From: Iphione sp. A-MEVVRFRX5
Taxonomy: Eukaryota
DNA length: 64,000 bases
Reading direction: 5' to 3'
NCBI GenBank assembly: GCA_976226885.1
Contig: OZ320321.1
Coordinates: 50,468,001 to 50,532,000 of the forward strand
Below are positions 57,731-64,000 of this stretch, in pieces; within the stretch, counting starts at the first letter, position 1, and each line of letters opens with the position of its first letter. The notes beneath the pieces are model-generated. The model made no database searches. It had not been told where the DNA came from and saw only the letters and a list, made by a program, of their open reading frames with translations. Made by a program: the position numbers and the translations under genes.

Positions 57731-60700
57731 ACCAACTACCAGAGCGGGAGTTCTCACGTAAGCCTAGCGTGTAACTTAATGAAATACTATCCTACCATCG
57801 GGGCCGGGGCCAAATTGCATTTGAATGTTCAAATGGTTGTTATATTGAATCACTTTCCTCTGACCATGTGTCTCTCAAACATTTCAGTGAGATGGCTCCA
57901 TTTGGGGAAAGGGGAAAACATGCATCACACGTTGAGCATGTCATCGAAGGCTGATACTTCAATCCAGTATCTTCCATGTTACGGCTGTGGTTGCTTGCGT
58001 AGCAAAACACCGAAAAACAAATATTTCCACGTCAGTCCTATCCTTTTTCTCATCATTTTCTCTCCCCTCTCATGTTGAACATTCTGGTATGCCCAGGTTA
58101 AAGATATACCCACGTTGAGGCGTTTCTCAAGGTGGAAAACGTGTGAACCTATGAACCCAAAGTGAGACTTCTTATCTCGACCCCTTATTCCTCCGGACAT
58201 ATTCTTAACCACTGTACGAATACGTTAAAGAACGCGCATCCGGTTTTGACTGGGGATCCTTTTACAAAATGTGTCATTGATAATACGGTAAATTCAGGGA
58301 AAAGCACCGTTTTAGAGATGAAAAAATCACGAATGCTGATAAGAAACGTAAGGCATCAAGTCCTCATTAAAATCCTTCAAATATCTGGCATTCGGTATGA
58401 ATCTCCTATCTCTGTACCTACTAGAAGACCAGCTTGATGTACGTGTTGTGATCAAAGGAAAGCCAGAGGATATCATGCTGGTTGAAGCTCATATCAGTAA
58501 AATACATATGCATATAATTTTCATTTCCACGCTGTCCTCTTCAACATTTCAGTCCTTATTTCAACAGTCACAACGACGTATGTTGTAATTGCCAATATGG
58601 ATTTCGCCTGATTATCACAAATCATTTTGTCAAAGTCCCATCATGTCACTGAAACATGTATATATCATTTACCATATGCTACCATCATGCTAGAGCACTT
58701 ACAGAACATTAACTATGTTTCTTCGCGGTAAGAAGAAATTTTGCGAAAGGTTTTGAATGTAGCAATTCGTTCAGAATATACTCATGCGACATCTCCATCA
58801 AACTTACCTGCCTACCCAAGAACTGTACTCTTTTTTTTAATTTCTCAAGCCTGCAGCGGTAAGCAAAGAAGGAATATGTATTATCTCCAGCGTGGCACTG
58901 TCTAGGGACCTTGACAACCCATAACCCCAAGATTTATCCTCACTTTATGATTAACAGACGACAAGTTCTGCAAATGAGGGAATCGATATCAAATAATACC
59001 CTTCTTGTTTTATTTGCTTCCTTCTGTTGCATCAAATACCACCACAAACATGGACGTATACATACAATTTCACATGCAACAATTTCTCAACAACAATCAA
59101 CTTACATTCATGAATATAAACGGGGATCTTTACAGGTATTGGTAATTGGATACGTCGATGTTGATCTGTTAATTTACAAATCTATCCGAGGCATTCAAGT
59201 CTAACATGCAATGACTTAATATATAATGTAATACAAAGAATTGTCGAAGATTATACCAAGATACGTGAGCTTTGCCCTACCTCTAGTAATTTGTCTAGTA
59301 TCATCGTAACAGTATTCTAAGTAGAGAGAGTAGCCTAACGTGTCGCTAATTTTGAGATCAACCTCTCCGATTTCTTTTTTTAAAAAAATACTGTTTCACA
59401 GAGCAAAGATCACAATATGTCTTCTGTACAGAGATATGTCTCATTAATCAAACATTTTCAAAGGAAACATGTTTGTATTATATTTTCCGTTTGTTATTCT
59501 GCACTAGACGCCATCACAATGGTCACTTGTGAAACTCCTTGCCAGAGGTGTTGGTCAGTGTTGTGGCAGTCTTAAATGACGTGTCATTTTCTAGTGAACG
59601 TGCTAGTTGGATGGTGCACCACAGGAACATTGCAGTGGCATAGAATCATCAGTGTACTGCGCTGCAGTAGTGTGAAAGCACCGCCCTGGTGTGTGCACAC
59701 CCCTGCACTTTGCGGTGGAGCATGTGGTGGGCCATCCCATACTAGCTACACGGTGCAGCAAAAGAGCACCACAATGGTGTTGAAGCACTGGTGTACTCCA
59801 CTACAGTGGTGTGAGAGCCCCGCTACACCATGCAGTGGAGCATACAGTGCAGCATTAACCCTATCCCATTCATGAAAAATTATATTTTTGGAATTGGGAA
59901 CTCTATAGTTTGATAGATTATGTTTACTGTAGGGTTTAAAACAAAAGATACTTTTTAATGTTATACATCAAGTGAAAGCACTTGAATTGTATGTTATTTT
60001 TAAAATAAAGCAGGATTGAAAAGGAGATATAATTTAGAACATTTGCATTTAATTTACCCTAATTTACGATACTAGAAGGTTAACATTGGTAAATATTGCT
60101 CCTAGAAGAAAATGTTCAATTAAGACAGTATTCAGCAGGTGATTTCCTGTGTTATGATACTTAATTTGCAAAAATAATGCATCACTATATGCATCACCAT
60201 TACTGATGCAAATTTGATGCATTATGGGATGCATAAAGAAAAGACATAATCATAATTGGTAAAGAGCGCTAGTCAAATATGGCTCCCAATAAAACAATCT
60301 ATGAATTTACTCATTATTTGTATGGCAGAAATTGACAAAAGGCAGTCTCTATTATATAAAAGCCATATGTAATAATAGGAAAATATTATCTTATAAAATA
60401 ATGTAATTTGATATATAAATAAAGGAAGGTATACAACATCATGTGCCATACTTCAAGTAATGTTCCCCCTAATGATTCATAAAAAAACTTCTGAAAGTTG
60501 TAGGGATAAACCCTCTGATATTTCACAGAAATACTTTTTGAATATAACATTTATTTACCGGTTATTTAGAGTTTTAGGACATATTTGTGTTAATATGTCT
60601 ATAAACATATGTAAATATGCTTAATTTTGAGATTCTCCTAGGTCATGTGACTGTCTCTCTATGGTAACTGAATGATATTTCCAAAATTTGATATGCCCAT

Positions 60701-61436
60701 AAGTTGGCCAGAGTATTCATTTATATTTTCACTAAAATTGATTGAAATGGATACAAGGGTTAATGTAGCACATCACACATTGTTACCATCATGCAAATAT
60801 GCACGATTGTATAGGATTAAAGGTACATCACACATGAAGAATGTAAATATCTTAACATCAAGTTTTGTAATATATAAACACATTTACAAATGTCAGAATA
60901 AACTTTAGCTCTCTTGTTTCTCTTCTCCCTCTCCTCACACAGCTTTGTGTTGAAGCTGTGGTATATATGAATGATGAAAGTGTTACAAGCATTATGTAAA
61001 TCTTTTTATGATGTACTGTAGTCTGTTGACAATTCCCACTTGGGTCAAGTCAGCTATTGCTCTAATTAATCCAAAGTGAGTTATTCCTCTATCTACTACC
61101 AGTGTTACTCCTACGTGAATCAGTCCAAGTAGTAATCCTTAATGAAATTCCAAGGGGTTAAGTTCAGTTAACATCCCCAGAGGGACAAGCTGCACAAAGT
61201 AGCTTCAAGTGCAGACTGATTTATTGGCTACATAAGGCCCATATTTATAGCAAGTGTGAATGTCATGTGACCAGTTGATGTATCAAAGTGGATACAATAT
61301 TACTTGTGTTAATTTTCTGCACTATTCAGCTCACAGAAAGTAATTACAAAGTATCAGGTGCCTGGATCACGAGCATTCAAGGTCATCTTTAACCCAAATC
61401 TTAGGTCACTGAGTACACTCTTTACCTGTGTCTGGA

Positions 61437-61625
61437 CATGGCACCATGAGCACTTAGCCAAGTTAGGGTCATAGGGTATAATCTACTTATACAACAGCTA
61501 CGGCTCCATGACTACTTAGTCAAACCAAGGATTACACAGTACAACCTACATGTACAGTAGTCATGGCACCATGACCACCTGATCAAACTGGGGTCACAGC
61601 TTACAGCTTACATACACAGATGGTC
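61437..61625 (+). repeat. Degenerate minisatellite, about 62-bp unit, 3 copies
   Basis: CATGGCACCATGA at 61437 and 61562 and TACGGCTCCATGA at 61499, each followed by a similar CACTTAG.CAA...GG.T.A stretch. Confidence 0.75.
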
Positions 61626-61703
61626 AGGGGCCTTGCCCATTACCAGTGTATGTTAAATCATGCATGCATCATGCAGCTCTTTCACCAGAGTGGTGTACCT
61701 TCT

Positions 61704-62467
61704 CACTACTAAGGGTACAAGTGGTGAAAGTACCTCCAGTGTACCAGTGGTAACTGTAGAAGCTGTGATTCTGCAGCCAATGCAGTTGCACCATGAACAT
61801 GTGGTATGAGAGAGAGCCACAAACAGAGACAGAGAGACAAAGACACAGACAAACAGAGAGAGGTCTGTAATGCACTGCAGTGACATTAAGTGACATACTC
61901 TGACGGACAATTACACTCAGTGACACACTGTGATACACGCAGTGATACACAATGACATAACATAACACACAATGCCATACAGTGACACTGACATATTTAA
62001 ACTGTGACACACTGACACTATGAAACACAGTAACACAGTGGCACACTGTGACATATCACGATACATTAAGATACATATTGACACTCACCACGTGATTCAC
62101 TGTATATTTCACCACACGGTAAACATTGCTTCTACAAAATTGAACCTTGACTGCCATCTGCCAGAGCAGACATAGTGCATAGCATCCTACCACAATGATG
62201 CACAACACTGCACCACAGCAGTCAACAAGCACTGCAGCAGTACATGCTAACACAGACATGCATGATGTTAAGTTCACTGTTGGCATTGGCACGTTCGCTC
62301 TCATAGAGCACTGCACCAATACACAGCATTGCATCCAGTGGCATGACTTGTTGTTGAAAAGGAAGTCAGTTTTCAGGTGACAGGCCCGAAACCCCCCCGC
62401 CCATCCCCTGCAGTCCACCTATGCTTTCACCGCTTGTACCCTCAGGGTACCACCTTTCTTAGGAGTG
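61704..62467. mobile_element. Putative non-autonomous CACTA/EnSpm-like element
   Basis: The left end CACTACTAAG-GGTACAAGTGGTGAAAG matches the reverse complement of the right end, CACTCCTAAG...AGGGTACAAGCGGTGAAAG. CT flanks both sides (61702-61703 and 62468-62469), consistent with a 2-bp TSD. The interior is low-complexity. Confidence 0.5.
61870..62060 (+). repeat. Low-complexity (TGACAC/ACACAGTG)-type short-period repeat
   Basis: Recurring TGACACACTG / ACACAGTG units. Confidence 0.8.
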
Positions 62468-64000
62468 CTACAGTGGTGCCGTACACGTGCACAACCTCCC
62501 ACATTCAGGGCAAAGAGAGGGAGAGAGAGACTTATCATTTCATCCGACAAAAAGCTTAAAATAACAAAACCTTCGAGACAGTCCTTTTTAACTTACAACT
62601 CTTGTTGCCGTGATTCCTAAATACCATAATTCCTTTCAGTGTGTTCACTTTTGCGCTGATCTCTGGTCTGAAGACCCCGTAAAACAGCACCGATAGACGT
62701 CATTTGGCAAAGCGTAAATGCGCAAAAACAAGCCACGAGACGTATCCGTTCAACTGAAGGTGTCTGGCCAGTCTAAAAGCCCAGCTGCAAGGGAGGTAAT
62801 GGTGGAGGAAACCTTTGAAGGGGAGAGGAGGTGTCAGACGTACTTCGATAGTGACGGCCTAAAACTTGGTCATTTCGCTCTTGGGTCATTTCTGTGGATG
62901 CAATGCTTGTCACCTTTTTACCGAATGTTCCTGATAACACTGTGTTTACTCAAGAGCGTAAAACCAATATTAACCACAGTATGGGCGACACCTGCTACTG
63001 CACGAGCGACCTCCCACTTACTCTAAAGTCCTGGACTGAAAATGGTAGTATTTTGCCATCTGGCCACTTGAATTTCTGAGGAATTGCAAGTCCCTTGGTG
63101 TTATAGTGACATCTAGTGTCCCAGATTTCTCAGGAGAAGTAAGAGTTGCTTAGCGTTTCAAGAATCGGTGCTTTGTATTAGCACCACAACTACACCAAGT
63201 GTAATCCATTTCCGGTCAACTTCCTTCAAGATGTACACTACAGAAATATTTAAGTGACCAGTCGTCTGGGGGCTGAGGGATGTTATAATCTCAATCTCAT
63301 TGCTACGCCAAAAAGCCAAAGCTAGTGGTGTCTAAGGTTGTAAACTAAAACTTGGTAAATATCTAAAGAGCTGACAGGAACTAGCAGATGTAAATAGGGT
63401 TGCCTAGCATATATACTCAAATACATTCTAGACTTTTAAAATTACTTGCACGTTACCTTAAGTTTCATCTCAATAAGTTTTCATTAGTTCCGCTATCCTG
63501 GAGTAACCTTTACAAAAACTTAATGCTTTACAGATAGTATAGATATGCAAGTTCAGTGTCACTATAAGTATATTAGCTCAGTGTCGCTATCTAGTGATCA
63601 ATGCATTTTTTAAAGATGAGCAGTAAATAGGTTTAGAACATCTTCCAGCTACATAGGAAACAAACCTGTCTAAAAGAGCCTTGCTCTCCAGTGGGTAGGC
63701 TTCGCTGTGGGCAGCGCTGTGGTTCAAGGGTTTACAATCAGACACATTCACGTGAGTCGCCGCTAAAGAAAGTAGAGATCCGGTGTGCTAAATGTATTTT
63801 GAATGATAATCCCTAATGTGGGAGCCAGTCAATCTCTATGTTTACTTGTAGTGTTACTTTAAACTTTCGCAAGTTCTCCTAGGAGGTGATTTCTAGGGAA
63901 GCCACCCTGCAAACAATTTTCGTTATTCTTCCAACGAAGGATAAGTTATTTTCAACTTGCAGGTGAATACGAGCGCAACGGTGACGGCCTAAATAACGGA

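Noticed and set aside
58270-58320. DNTVNSGKSTVL resembling a Walker A motif
   Set aside because: Lacks the first invariant Gly, and no Walker B or long ORF follows.

Overview
This is AT-rich, repeat-littered animal genomic DNA, most likely from an invertebrate (inferred from the TE families present and frequent TACATGTA-type motifs). It has one 147-N gap, and I could not recognise any intact spliced host gene. The dominant feature is a complete, apparently young tyrosine-recombinase retrotransposon of the Ngaro (split-direct-repeat) type on the minus strand at 28231-32546, arranged A1-gag-RT/RNaseH-YR-B1-A2-B2. Its three ORFs are uninterrupted, the A repeats differ at 1 of 148 nt, and the B repeats are identical. 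Three mechanistic details can be read from the sequence. (1) gag and pol are in the same frame, separated by a single TGA in the context TGA-CTA-A, a known leaky-stop context, which suggests Gag-Pol is made by stop-codon readthrough. (2) An ATAT core is shared by the internal B1/A2 junction and both host junctions in (AT)n sequence, as expected if a circle was integrated by YR crossover. (3) An AATAAA lies only in front of the terminal B copy. The rest of the window holds LINE remnants (CR1/L2-like, RTE-like), MITE-like elements, minisatellites, CpG-rich islands, and many stop-riddled reading frames that look by eye like decayed F-box/LRR and B-box genes. These last calls are low confidence and need HMM confirmation.
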